A DNA stretch of 26,480 nt from a virus (lineage: Duplodnaviria; Caudoviricetes). The translations under genes and the position numbers were made by a program. The notes beneath the pieces are model-generated. The model did not search any database and was not told where the DNA came from. It worked only from the letters and a program-made list of their open reading frames with translations. This document shows, in pieces, positions 17,583 through 25,583 of the stretch. Location of the stretch: IMG/VR virus record IMGVR_UViG_3300003375_000122, positions 1 to 26,480 of that record; one strand, written 5' to 3'. Each line of letters opens with the position of its first letter. Position 1 is the first letter of the stretch.

Positions 17583-19525
17583 CTTATTTCTCCTTGTTTT
17601 AACTTTGCTTTCCTTATTTCGGTGTCGTCCAAAATAGGTATTGCAACACATCTGCAATTATGTACAATGATTCCATCATAACAATACCAATTATTAATTG
17701 TTTGGAGGTTATAAACATGTCCAGAAAAATGACTGCTACTCACCTTGACAATGCGAGAAATCTTATTAATAGCGGAAAACCTCTTTGTGAAACCGCTAAG
17801 ATTATCGGCTTTAGTTCTGACAATCTTTCTAAGGTATTGAGAAAAACTGGATTCATTACCGATAGAAGGATTGGAAGAAAATCCAAAAACAGACTTAATT
17901 TTGACCCGCAACCAATTATTAAAGCTTATATTGATGGGGAAAGCGAGCTTTCCATATCTAAAAGGACTGGATTGGAAAGAATCGTTATTCGAAAAAGATT
18001 GGTTGAGGCTGGCGTCAAGATTCGTAATGGTAGCGAAGCTAATATTATTAGATTCAGCAAATCTTCTAATCAAGAGCTTAGAAATATTACTAAATTGGCA
18101 AGATTGGCACATACTAAAGAAAGCTATACAAAGAGTCTTAGGAAACTTGCAAATCTGAAAGTTAAGAGAATCGGACAAGGAGAAAAACAATTGATTGAGT
18201 CTCTTAGAAATATTAATCTTCCTATTCAAACACAAACCGCTTGCGGTATTTACAACATTGATATTACTGTTGGTACCGTCGCCGTGGAAGTCGTCTGCAA
18301 TACCATTAGTGGTCAACATAGGAAAATCATTGGACAAAGACTTAAACAGCTCTCCGATAGTGGTTTCACTGTTATTTATGTTATCTTTAAAAGACTTAAT
18401 CAATTCATCGCTCAAATCAATGACGTGGTCTGTACAATCGAGAAGTCCTATAGGTTGCCATCCTCTAATCGTAAGCACTTGGTGATTAGGTGTGGCTCTA
18501 ATCGTTTTACCAGAATCCGTAATGAGCGTGGTCAATTCTCCTGTATACCAACGACGGAAACATTTTTCTATACCATAAGCGAGATTAATATTTGAATCCT
18601 CTGGAAGACAATTAAAATCCTCCCCTGCATTCGCCCTTCTTCCCGTGTGAATATCAACGATGGGGGGATTATTGAAACTGAATATCTTTCCATCTAATTC
18701 TTTATGCCTAGACCTTACTCTATGGTCGTGACTTGTTGACCACTTATAATATTGTATCCCAACTTCTTCATATCTTATTTGACGATACTTCGAAGTTAGG
18801 AGGCTTGTTTCTTGCTTGGCGAGAAATTTTGCTTTATTGTAGGAGACTTGATTCTCCGCTTGTATACGCTCGATAAGGGATTCAGCCCGAAACCCACCTT
18901 GGACATTTTTTTGCACAACTTCACGAAGTCGGAGTATTTGCTCATTTTGCCATTTCTTTATATAGATGCTCAAGTTTTCAGTGTATTCTTTAGCAAGCTT
19001 ACCTTTAAGGTCTTCCCTTAAAGGTATCTCTTCAATCCTCATTGTTATTGGCTTTGTTGTATCGTGGAATTGATTATTTAACTTGTCTATAATCTTATTG
19101 AATGTTTGGACTATTTCGATTTTTATATCCTTGGCCTCTGCTCTTTTAAGGAGGTCATTAACCTTTTCAATCTTTGCGTTACTCTCGGCGTTCCCCTGTG
19201 CAATCGCAATTTTAATTTCTGTTGATATACTTTCAGCAGGTAGTTTAAAAGCTTTATCTTTCGCGCTGTATTTCGCTCCAATTTCTCGCAATAGTTTTGA
19301 TATTTTTGCAGTAAACTTTCCTTTAAATTGTTTTCCGTCATAGAACACCACCCCTTTGCGCAATGCCTCCAACAAGGCATCCGTTTTAGCGTTCTTAAGT
19401 TCTTTGTCTCCTTGCAAAATCAAGAATATAGGCTCAAATATCGTTTTATACAATTCTCGATAGATGTCCTGTTGTAGCTCTTTGTGGTAAGAATCTTTGT
19501 CTATTAGTGGCTTTAGATATTTCAT
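17579..19525 (-). CDS. Head morphogenesis protein (MuF/SPP1 gp7 family), intein-containing; 330 aa after splicing
   Basis: AKFLAKQETS, YKWSTSHDHRVRSRHKELDGKIF...P, and GEDFN|CRC motif restored by removing residues 306-623. Confidence 0.92.
   Translation of the reverse strand: MKYLKPLIDKDSYHKELQQDIYRELYKTIFEPIFLILQGDKELKNAKTDALLEALRKGVVFYDGKQFKGKFTAKISKLLREIGAKYSAKDKAFKLPAESISTEIKIAIAQGNAESNAKIEKVNDLLKRAEAKDIKIEIVQTFNKIIDKLNNQFHDTTKPITMRIEEIPLREDLKGKLAKEYTENLSIYIKKWQNEQILRLREVVQKNVQGGFRAESLIERIQAENQVSYNKAKFLAKQETSLLTSKYRQIRYEEVGIQYYKWSTSHDHRVRSRHKELDGKIFSFNNPPIVDIHTGRRANAGEDFNCLPEDSNINLAYGIEKCFRRWYTGELTTLITDSGKTIRATPNHQVLTIRGWQPIGLLDCTDHVIDLSDELIKSFKDNINNSETTIGELFKSLSNDFPMLTTNGIADDFHGDGTNSNINVVNTASGLCLNRKINISKRLNQLFFSLSDSLNFQICKFPKTLCIAFFSMCQSCQFSNISKLLIRRFAESNNISFATITNLDASLNQSFSNNDSFQSSPFRYGKLAFPINISFNNWLRVKIKSVFGFSSNPSIGNESSFSQYLRKIVRTKADNLSGFTKRFSAINKISRIVKVSSSHFSGHVYNLQTINNWYCYDGIIVHNCRCVAIPILDDTEIRKAKLKQGEIR
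17641..17668 (+). promoter_or_regulatory. Candidate antisense promoter for the intein-internal gene
   Basis: TTGCAA (17641..17646)-N16-TACAAT (17663..17668), about 50 nt upstream of ATG 17717. Confidence 0.35.
17657..18610 (-). mobile_element. Intein (318 aa, class-1 type termini) in MuF
   Basis: Block A CLPEDS (Cys1 at 18610..18608); block B IRATPNHQVLT..GW; block F HVYNLQT; block G GIIVHN followed by extein Cys+1. Confidence 0.95.
17717..18595 (+). CDS. Antisense gene nested in the intein: HTH-type DNA-binding region plus Vsr/DUF559-like nuclease; putative homing endonuclease (292 aa)
   Basis: GGAGGT at 17704..17709, 7 nt before ATG. HTH-like segments (GKPLCETAKIIGFSSDNLSKVLRKTG; YIDGESELSISKRTGLERIVIRKRLVEAGVKIR). 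Nuclease-like GEKQLIESL...QTACGIYNIDITVGTVAVEV...RLKQLSDSGFTVIYV. Confidence 0.75.
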   Translation: MSRKMTATHLDNARNLINSGKPLCETAKIIGFSSDNLSKVLRKTGFITDRRIGRKSKNRLNFDPQPIIKAYIDGESELSISKRTGLERIVIRKRLVEAGVKIRNGSEANIIRFSKSSNQELRNITKLARLAHTKESYTKSLRKLANLKVKRIGQGEKQLIESLRNINLPIQTQTACGIYNIDITVGTVAVEVVCNTISGQHRKIIGQRLKQLSDSGFTVIYVIFKRLNQFIAQINDVVCTIEKSYRLPSSNRKHLVIRCGSNRFTRIRNERGQFSCIPTTETFFYTISEINI

Positions 19526-19794
19526 TAAATCATTTCTTCATTAAATCCATCGAAACCTTCAATCATATCGTCTAATTCTTTGATGGATTTATGTTTGTTT
19601 TCACCCTTAATCTTGCCAACTTTTTCAGCCCAACGCATAGCACGAGCCTTTCGGTTATTCATTCCATTATTCTTTGATTCTCTTTTTATTTTATAAGCAA
19701 TCGCCGTGGCTTGTGCTTTTCCTTTTCCTTCTTTGATTAGCGTTTCAATGTTCTTTGATAGCGATTCATCGCTTGGGTCGTGTAATAGTGGCAT
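19525..19794 (-). CDS. Small head-module protein
   Basis: MPL....S.ESLSKNI..LIKEGK...QA.AIAY N-terminal motif common in small phage proteins near portal/MuF genes. Confidence 0.7.
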   Translation of the reverse strand: MPLLHDPSDESLSKNIETLIKEGKGKAQATAIAYKIKRESKNNGMNNRKARAMRWAEKVGKIKGENKHKSIKELDDMIEGFDGFNEEMI

Positions 19795-19795
19795 A

Positions 19796-21262
19796 TTAAC
19801 CTTTAGGCGTAGTCTCTTTTGATTCTTTACTTGATTCTTCTTTTTTAATTTCTTCTTCCGTGTTACTATCTAACCCAGAGAAAACGGGAGTTGGATCTGC
19901 ACCCTTTGAAACTTCCGTTCCCATCTCTAAAATCTCTTCCTGCTTTAATGCGGCAGTATACTCTTGTGGCGTCAAAATACCTTGAGAATATAACGTTGAC
20001 AATCTATTAAACTTAGAATCTAAAACCTGTTGTTGCTCAATAGCCTTAAGTGTCCGCACAGGTTGCCATGATATTGACCAATCATCAGGCACAAACCCCC
20101 AAACTTTCTTCATAATTATTGGCAAGACTTCTTCAAGTGATTCTTCAGCTTGGTCACGCTGTGTCTCAACGATTGCCGCATAATTCTCTAAATCATCTTC
20201 GCCAGATGAAAATCCACTACTGGAAAGACCGAATATCTTTGACATGGGCATACGGACAGCAGCGGCCATACTTATACGTATTTGCTCCATTATTTCACTT
20301 AAACCGCCAAAACTTAACTGCTTTTGGATATAATCATCTTCTGTATCCATAACCAGAGCGTTCATGAAATTCTTTAAGAAATTTGCCATCTGGATACGCT
20401 TGGCAGTCTTTCCTTGGGCTAGATTAGACAATACTTGGGCATTAAAACCCTTTATCTTGTATAGGTCAACTTTGGCTTCGTCGAGAAATTCAAATATAAC
20501 ATTTTGATTCTTAAAATAAGAATTAAGCTCACGCAATACAGGCTCAACAATGCTCATACCCCAGCCTTGTAAACGTTGACGTGCCAATGAGGGCGCTTCG
20601 TCCGTTAATATCCTGCATACGCGGGATTGATGTATTTTAGCTATATTCATGCGGGTATTAGCATCGGCCTCACGTGTCGTGTAGTATCCTGTACCGGGAT
20701 AATAGGCGAATGTTGCTTCGGGCGTATTCGGCACACCCTGCCAAAGCAATTCCCATCTATCAGCAACAATGAAGTTAAGTTTGCTGTCCTCATCAACTGA
20801 ATCTATGCTAAATGGTGATTTGAAATCTTGGTCAACGTTAATAATCAGCCCAGCACCGCCAAAAAGCCTTCCCCATCTTAAGGCCGTCATAAGCTTGTTT
20901 TTAAGCTTTTGACGCTTAATCTCTTTATTCAAAGAGTCAATGTCTGTTGAATCCACTTCATCAGTCTTTATTTCAAAACCACCACGAAAAGCATCGTACA
21001 CAGGTTGGTCTACAAGGGTTCTTAAAGGGCCATATAAGACATAGGCATAGGTAAGCATTACCCTTTGAAGAGAAACTAGATTGGCGGATACATTGCTCGC
21101 AAATTCGAAGGGTTCTGATAAGGGCGCTACACCGTTAGAACCATAACCGCCACCTTGACCCCAATCAAACACGCCAAACATCGGATTAGTTGTCGGCATA
21201 TCGTTCTCTAGAGTTGTACCCTTTTTAATCTTTGCGTTTGTACGTGGTTTTCTTGTGGTCAT
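19796..21262 (-). CDS. Portal protein (DUF1073/HI1409-like)
   Basis: LVDQPVYDAFR, WGRLFGGAG, IHQSRV, GWGMS, AAAVRMPMSKIFGLSSSGFSSGEDDLENY motifs. Confidence 0.9.
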   Translation of the reverse strand: MTTRKPRTNAKIKKGTTLENDMPTTNPMFGVFDWGQGGGYGSNGVAPLSEPFEFASNVSANLVSLQRVMLTYAYVLYGPLRTLVDQPVYDAFRGGFEIKTDEVDSTDIDSLNKEIKRQKLKNKLMTALRWGRLFGGAGLIINVDQDFKSPFSIDSVDEDSKLNFIVADRWELLWQGVPNTPEATFAYYPGTGYYTTREADANTRMNIAKIHQSRVCRILTDEAPSLARQRLQGWGMSIVEPVLRELNSYFKNQNVIFEFLDEAKVDLYKIKGFNAQVLSNLAQGKTAKRIQMANFLKNFMNALVMDTEDDYIQKQLSFGGLSEIMEQIRISMAAAVRMPMSKIFGLSSSGFSSGEDDLENYAAIVETQRDQAEESLEEVLPIIMKKVWGFVPDDWSISWQPVRTLKAIEQQQVLDSKFNRLSTLYSQGILTPQEYTAALKQEEILEMGTEVSKGADPTPVFSGLDSNTEEEIKKEESSKESKETTPKG

Positions 21263-21987
21263 TTGGATGCCTTTTGGCTTAATATTGCATTTAATTTGTT
21301 AATTTCTGTGTATTTCGGCTTCATATCTATTGGTACTTGATTCATTCCGATTCTAGTATTCAGCTCATCACGTTCGCGCAATCCGTTGTGGTGTGATATA
21401 TGTTTTATAACCATTGGCATCTTGACAATCCTGTCTATGCCATTGTAAAGCGAATTAATCCAAATATCCGCCCCCCAAGTCGGTATTCTTTCAGGGAAAA
21501 TATATCCTAAAGCTTCAAAGCCTTCCCTGCCAATTAACGGAAAGCAACAATAGTTACCAAGATGACTTAATCTATTCTGTCCTAAATGGTCTTCTATCCA
21601 TCCTAAAACTATATTAGCTTCTTTTGTATATTCTTCAAGTATTTCCTTTCCTGCAATATCCCAACACGGCGTTTCAAATTCAGCATCATCATTACAAACT
21701 ATAATCCACTTGCCATTTGATTGCTTGGCTAAATGTGTATAATAATCACGGCTAAAGTTTAACGACCTCGGCACTATGTGCATATTAACATCAACGTGAG
21801 CCTTACCGTCAAGGTAATTATTGTTCAAATAATCCTTAATAAAACCCTGCGTGTCCACGTCGTCATCATCAACGGCAATCAAAACCTCTGTCAAAGCTTT
21901 GTATCCCGTTGTATTATCAATAGATTCTAAAAGATTCTTTAAAAGGTTTGTCCTGTTTCGTGTTGGAAAGATAATCGAGAAATTCAT
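21259..21987 (-). CDS. Glycosyltransferase, GT2-like
   Basis: FSIIFPTRNR..LL..LLESI, EVLIAVDDDD, GKWIIVCNDD, WGADIW, IKHISH. Start at 21987 gives an ATGA overlap (track start 21996). Confidence 0.88.
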   Translation of the reverse strand: MNFSIIFPTRNRTNLLKNLLESIDNTTGYKALTEVLIAVDDDDVDTQGFIKDYLNNNYLDGKAHVDVNMHIVPRSLNFSRDYYTHLAKQSNGKWIIVCNDDAEFETPCWDIAGKEILEEYTKEANIVLGWIEDHLGQNRLSHLGNYCCFPLIGREGFEALGYIFPERIPTWGADIWINSLYNGIDRIVKMPMVIKHISHHNGLRERDELNTRIGMNQVPIDMKPKYTEINKLNAILSQKASK

Positions 21988-22685
21988 TTTGACCATTTCC
22001 CCTTTTCTATTGGATAATTAAACTGATTCCAGTCTGGCAATTTCGCATCTTCGTATACTCTGCCCCACTTATTAACAAAATATTCCCAATCCTTCTTAAA
22101 ATATTTATCTAGGTTTGATGAATGAAGCTCATCATGTCCGCCTTGGTCTAGCAATAATTCAGTATCAAAACAAGACTTAACCTCTCCGCCGTTTATCCAG
22201 CATCTTAAGGACATGTCAACGTCTACCCAAAAGCTTCGATAATTTTCGTCGAAGAATCCGCCTATAAATCCGAATGTTTCAATTCTTGCCATGCCCCAAG
22301 GTGAATATTGCTTGCCGAATACTTGCATCTGATTAATTTCATAACCTTCCGTTTTCTCTCTTAAAAGAAAATCCCCTATAAAAGGAGGATTAAATCTATC
22401 CACAAAATCAATCATTTTAATTAAACATGACTTCGTGGGATAAGCCCTATCTGACGACCAAACAAGATATTTCCCTTTAATATATTTATAGCTTAATGCC
22501 ATCGCGCGTGCGTTTCCTGTCATGTCATCGGCAATGTTCTGACATTTATCGTATACTACACACGGAGAAGAAACTACAAGGTCAACTTCTACTTCGGGAT
22601 TCAAGTCATGCCAAGCATTTATTACAGGCTGTGTTCTTTCTATACCTCGCCCTGCTGGCATGATTATACTAACAGTTTTCTTCAT
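21984..22685 (-). CDS. Glycosyltransferase, GT2-like (atypical DxD region)
   Basis: VSIIMP, KGKYLVWSSD, IGGFFDENY..FWVDVDMSLRCW..GG and FVNKW motifs. Confidence 0.8.
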   Translation of the reverse strand: MKKTVSIIMPAGRGIERTQPVINAWHDLNPEVEVDLVVSSPCVVYDKCQNIADDMTGNARAMALSYKYIKGKYLVWSSDRAYPTKSCLIKMIDFVDRFNPPFIGDFLLREKTEGYEINQMQVFGKQYSPWGMARIETFGFIGGFFDENYRSFWVDVDMSLRCWINGGEVKSCFDTELLLDQGGHDELHSSNLDKYFKKDWEYFVNKWGRVYEDAKLPDWNQFNYPIEKGKWSK

Positions 22686-23467
22686 TTCTTCATGGCCTCC
22701 GCAATCCTCTGAGATTGTTCTTCAATTATATTTCTAAATTCCTGCGTCTTCATATAATCGAAGTTTGTCTTTCTGTCGGTGTTCCATCTATCATTTTCGG
22801 GTTGGTCAACTTCGCTTGTGTAACGATTAATAATTAGGCCATCTGTAAATCGTGTTAGTCTTATATCGTGTTTAAACCATAGAACACGCTCAACACATAG
22901 CGTCCAAGCATCGGTGAAACTTAACGGGAAGTCTTTCACAGCATCTATTAAAGCCTTTGACCACGCGGGGGCCTCATCAATGATGTGTAAATCTTCGGAG
23001 TAAAAAGGATTGTAAGAAACATCAAATTTTTCGTGGCTGAAGTTTGGTCTTGTAATCGGCGGGTGGGGTCTTTGATGTATGATGAAATAATCGCCAGCGT
23101 CTTTGACGCAATCGTCCATCTTAATATCCCAATCTTTCTCGACGGTAAAATCATCAGCCATTGCAACAATAATCTTTGTCTCATTCGATACAAACTTTAA
23201 AAGGCTGTTGTATCCTTTATGAATATCAATATAACCACGTCCTCTTTTGCCGAATATTTGCTTCATCTTGAAGGGATATTTCTCCCATGCTGAACCGTAT
23301 ATTCTATGATATAAATCGTGTGCGTGTTCGTCGTCGTCGTCATACTTAATCAGGACTTCAATATCATTGATTTCTCTTGTGTTCTCTTTCAATGTATCTA
23401 ATAAAATCGGCAATCTATGGTTTTTGTTTCCTTGTACTCTGCTTGTAACAATAATTGACTTTTTCAA
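22682..23467 (-). CDS. Glycosyltransferase, GT-A fold
   Basis: SIIVTSR, IEVLIKYDDDD, YNSL, IIVAMADDF...WD, FTDAW; TTG start with AAGGA SD; N-terminal half resembles 21259..21987. Confidence 0.78.
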   Translation of the reverse strand: MKKSIIVTSRVQGNKNHRLPILLDTLKENTREINDIEVLIKYDDDDEHAHDLYHRIYGSAWEKYPFKMKQIFGKRGRGYIDIHKGYNSLLKFVSNETKIIVAMADDFTVEKDWDIKMDDCVKDAGDYFIIHQRPHPPITRPNFSHEKFDVSYNPFYSEDLHIIDEAPAWSKALIDAVKDFPLSFTDAWTLCVERVLWFKHDIRLTRFTDGLIINRYTSEVDQPENDRWNTDRKTNFDYMKTQEFRNIIEEQSQRIAEAMKK

Positions 23468-23481
23468 AGATTTTTCCTTTC

Positions 23482-24702
23482 TTATAGTACGTCGTATATT
23501 GAAACACTGCCTTTGATATATGATGACAAACTATAGCGCGCTGCGTCACACGAATGATTCGACTTGTCTAATGGTATGGGTAAAATCTCCTGTGTTATCC
23601 TATCACGCTTAAACCTATAATTCTGAAAGTCCTCAATCGTTCCCTTGCATCTTGAATGTATATAAATCTTGCCAAATGACCTTAAAAAATTTATACCTTC
23701 CTCTACGGAACCAGCATGCTTCTCTGCTCCTTCAATATTAAAACCCCTATTTGACAAAAAGCTTATAGTATCAGGTCTTGATGAATCTGCCTTTATCGAG
23801 AATCCTCGACGGACTGCTGGCAATGAATTAAGGGCGTTTGGCAATTCTTCAATCTCAACGCCGTGACCGTAAAAATCATGTTCAATATAAAGATTCTTAT
23901 CTCTTATAAAACATTGGACTATTGCCGTCGGGTCAACTGAAAATCCAAAGTCCATGCCTATATAATACTGTTGGTTGTCACCGGGATAATCAAAATCAAT
24001 TATCTCTATTTTGTCCTTAAAAATTACATCTTCGGCGTAGTTCTTGTATTGTCCTTCCCATATCCAAAGAAATTTATCATAATCCGTTTTCTTGCACCAT
24101 TCCATCCGCTTACGCAAGACTTCTGGAAACCACGGATTATCACGCCAATTCATTTCTACAACAACGCTGTCGCTAGGGTCTACCTCTTCAACGAATGTTT
24201 TGTTACAAGGACTTTCTCTTGTTTCGGGATTGAAGCTTACCCAAAGCTCACTATTTGGCGTTCTTACTGTTGGGTCTAATACTTCGATTGAATCTTGGCT
24301 AATCCCTTCAGCTTCTTCTATCCATGCAACATTAATACCTTTTATTGACTTTATTTCGTTATAGTTATTTCTTAGCCCAGCGAATATATATTCGCATCCC
24401 GTCGAGCTTTTTATATATCTATCAGTTATCTTGAATCTACTACTTAAATTTATGTCATGCTCTACGGAAAGAAGTTCTATTGTGTCAACTATTGTTTTGT
24501 GTACTGATTCTCTTAATGAGTTTTGAAGCTCTCGGCAACAAAGAAACCTTAGACCTTTTTCTGTTAAGCTTCTTTTTATTGATAGCCTAGCAAAGCTTTC
24601 AGATTTTGCGCTTCCGCGTCCGCCCTTTGCTACTTTATATCTAGCACTTTTCTTTACTATTGGGTAAAACTTACTAGGATAAGTTATCAGTAAGTTTGAC
24701 AT
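23482..24702 (-). CDS. terL: Terminase large subunit (PBSX/Terminase_3-like)
   Basis: Walker A GGRGSAKS, Walker B AWIEEAE, SFNP, NWRDNPWFP, GMDFGFSVDPTA and NHSCDAARY nuclease motifs. Confidence 0.95.
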   Translation of the reverse strand: MSNLLITYPSKFYPIVKKSARYKVAKGGRGSAKSESFARLSIKRSLTEKGLRFLCCRELQNSLRESVHKTIVDTIELLSVEHDINLSSRFKITDRYIKSSTGCEYIFAGLRNNYNEIKSIKGINVAWIEEAEGISQDSIEVLDPTVRTPNSELWVSFNPETRESPCNKTFVEEVDPSDSVVVEMNWRDNPWFPEVLRKRMEWCKKTDYDKFLWIWEGQYKNYAEDVIFKDKIEIIDFDYPGDNQQYYIGMDFGFSVDPTAIVQCFIRDKNLYIEHDFYGHGVEIEELPNALNSLPAVRRGFSIKADSSRPDTISFLSNRGFNIEGAEKHAGSVEEGINFLRSFGKIYIHSRCKGTIEDFQNYRFKRDRITQEILPIPLDKSNHSCDAARYSLSSYIKGSVSIYDVL

Positions 24703-25225
24703 TATCTTTGCTTAATTTAATTGCTGATTCTGGCGAGTCAACGAACACTTCTACTAATTGAGTTATACCTATATTGCTTCCGTCGGCATTTCCTATTTCG
24801 GATTTATCAGTTAATAACTTTTGATTTCTAGCTAGATTTTCAAGGGCTTTATTCGCTCCTGCCGAATCAAATTCCCAAATACCTTCTCCATTCTCGTCGA
24901 GCTTTTGCTTCATGCACTTTTCTTCATGGTCAAAAACCATAACTGGCTTTCTTTGTAGACATCTTTCTGCGACTTCTTTCATCGACGACAAAACATAATC
25001 TGCGGTAATCAAAGTTCTTTTTGCTCGATATTCCATCTGCTTTTCAATAGCTTCTTGAATTTCAGGTTTTTTAAGGTTTTCATGACCAATAGATCCGGCA
25101 GTATCTTCTGAATACCCCGCACGTATAGCAGCTTGTGTTCCGTTTAAATCTTTAAGATATTCGATAACGAATAATGCTTGTTTCGGTGTAAGCTTTTGAG
25201 GGACAATCCTTTTATTTTCTTTCAT
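24674..25225 (-). CDS. terS: Terminase small subunit
   Basis: LTPKQALFVIEYLKDLNGTQAAIRAGYS...ENLKKPEIQ (Terminase_2 HTH). Confidence 0.95.
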   Translation of the reverse strand: MKENKRIVPQKLTPKQALFVIEYLKDLNGTQAAIRAGYSEDTAGSIGHENLKKPEIQEAIEKQMEYRAKRTLITADYVLSSMKEVAERCLQRKPVMVFDHEEKCMKQKLDENGEGIWEFDSAGANKALENLARNQKLLTDKSEIGNADGSNIGITQLVEVFVDSPESAIKLSKDNVKLTDNLS

Positions 25226-25258
25226 AAAATTCCTTTGGCTATCTTAGCATGTATTAAA

Positions 25259-25287
25259 AATATAACATATAAATACAATAGTGTCAA
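25259..25287 (-). promoter_or_regulatory. Near-consensus sigma70 promoter for the packaging operon
   Basis: TTGACA (25287..25282)-N17-TATATT (25264..25259) with extended -10 TGn, 33 nt upstream of the terS ATG. Confidence 0.75.
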
Positions 25288-25361
25288 TACCATTCTACTA
25301 TAGCCAAAGCAACCATAATTACAATACATAATAAAATTAATAATTCATATATTATCATTTT

Positions 25362-25583
25362 CTACTCCATAGGGCAATACGGGCAATTAGAATAAGTGTC
25401 TGCTTTGTCGTTGTTATCTTTAATTCTTTTCATAGTGTCATTGTATTTCTGTTGTACGGCCTCATCTTGCATAGCGGACACCTCTTGACTTGTATTGTCA
25501 AAGCCCGCGTGCGTATCCGCATTGACTCTATTGGTCTGAATAGCAATCGCCAATAAGAATACCGTCATAATTCGGCATAACAT
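25362..25583 (-). CDS. Small putative exported protein with C-terminal CPYC
   Basis: GGAGGG SD before ATG 25583; MLCRIMTVFLLAIAIQTNRVNA signal-like N-terminus. Confidence 0.5.
   Translation of the reverse strand: MLCRIMTVFLLAIAIQTNRVNADTHAGFDNTSQEVSAMQDEAVQQKYNDTMKRIKDNNDKADTYSNCPYCPME

Noticed and set aside
17660-17716. Track start 17660 for the antisense ORF
   Set aside because: That ATG is the complement of the intein's penultimate His codon and has no SD; 17717 has GGAGGT at ideal spacing.
17930-18400. In-frame LAGLIDADG or HNH endonuclease within the intein
   Set aside because: No block C/E dodecapeptides or HNH/zinc motifs are visible in the sense translation.
17871-18485. Two further + strand ORFs (17871..18158, 18195..18485) inside the intein
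   Set aside because: Non-ATG starts, no SD, no motifs; treated as shadows of the dual-coding region.
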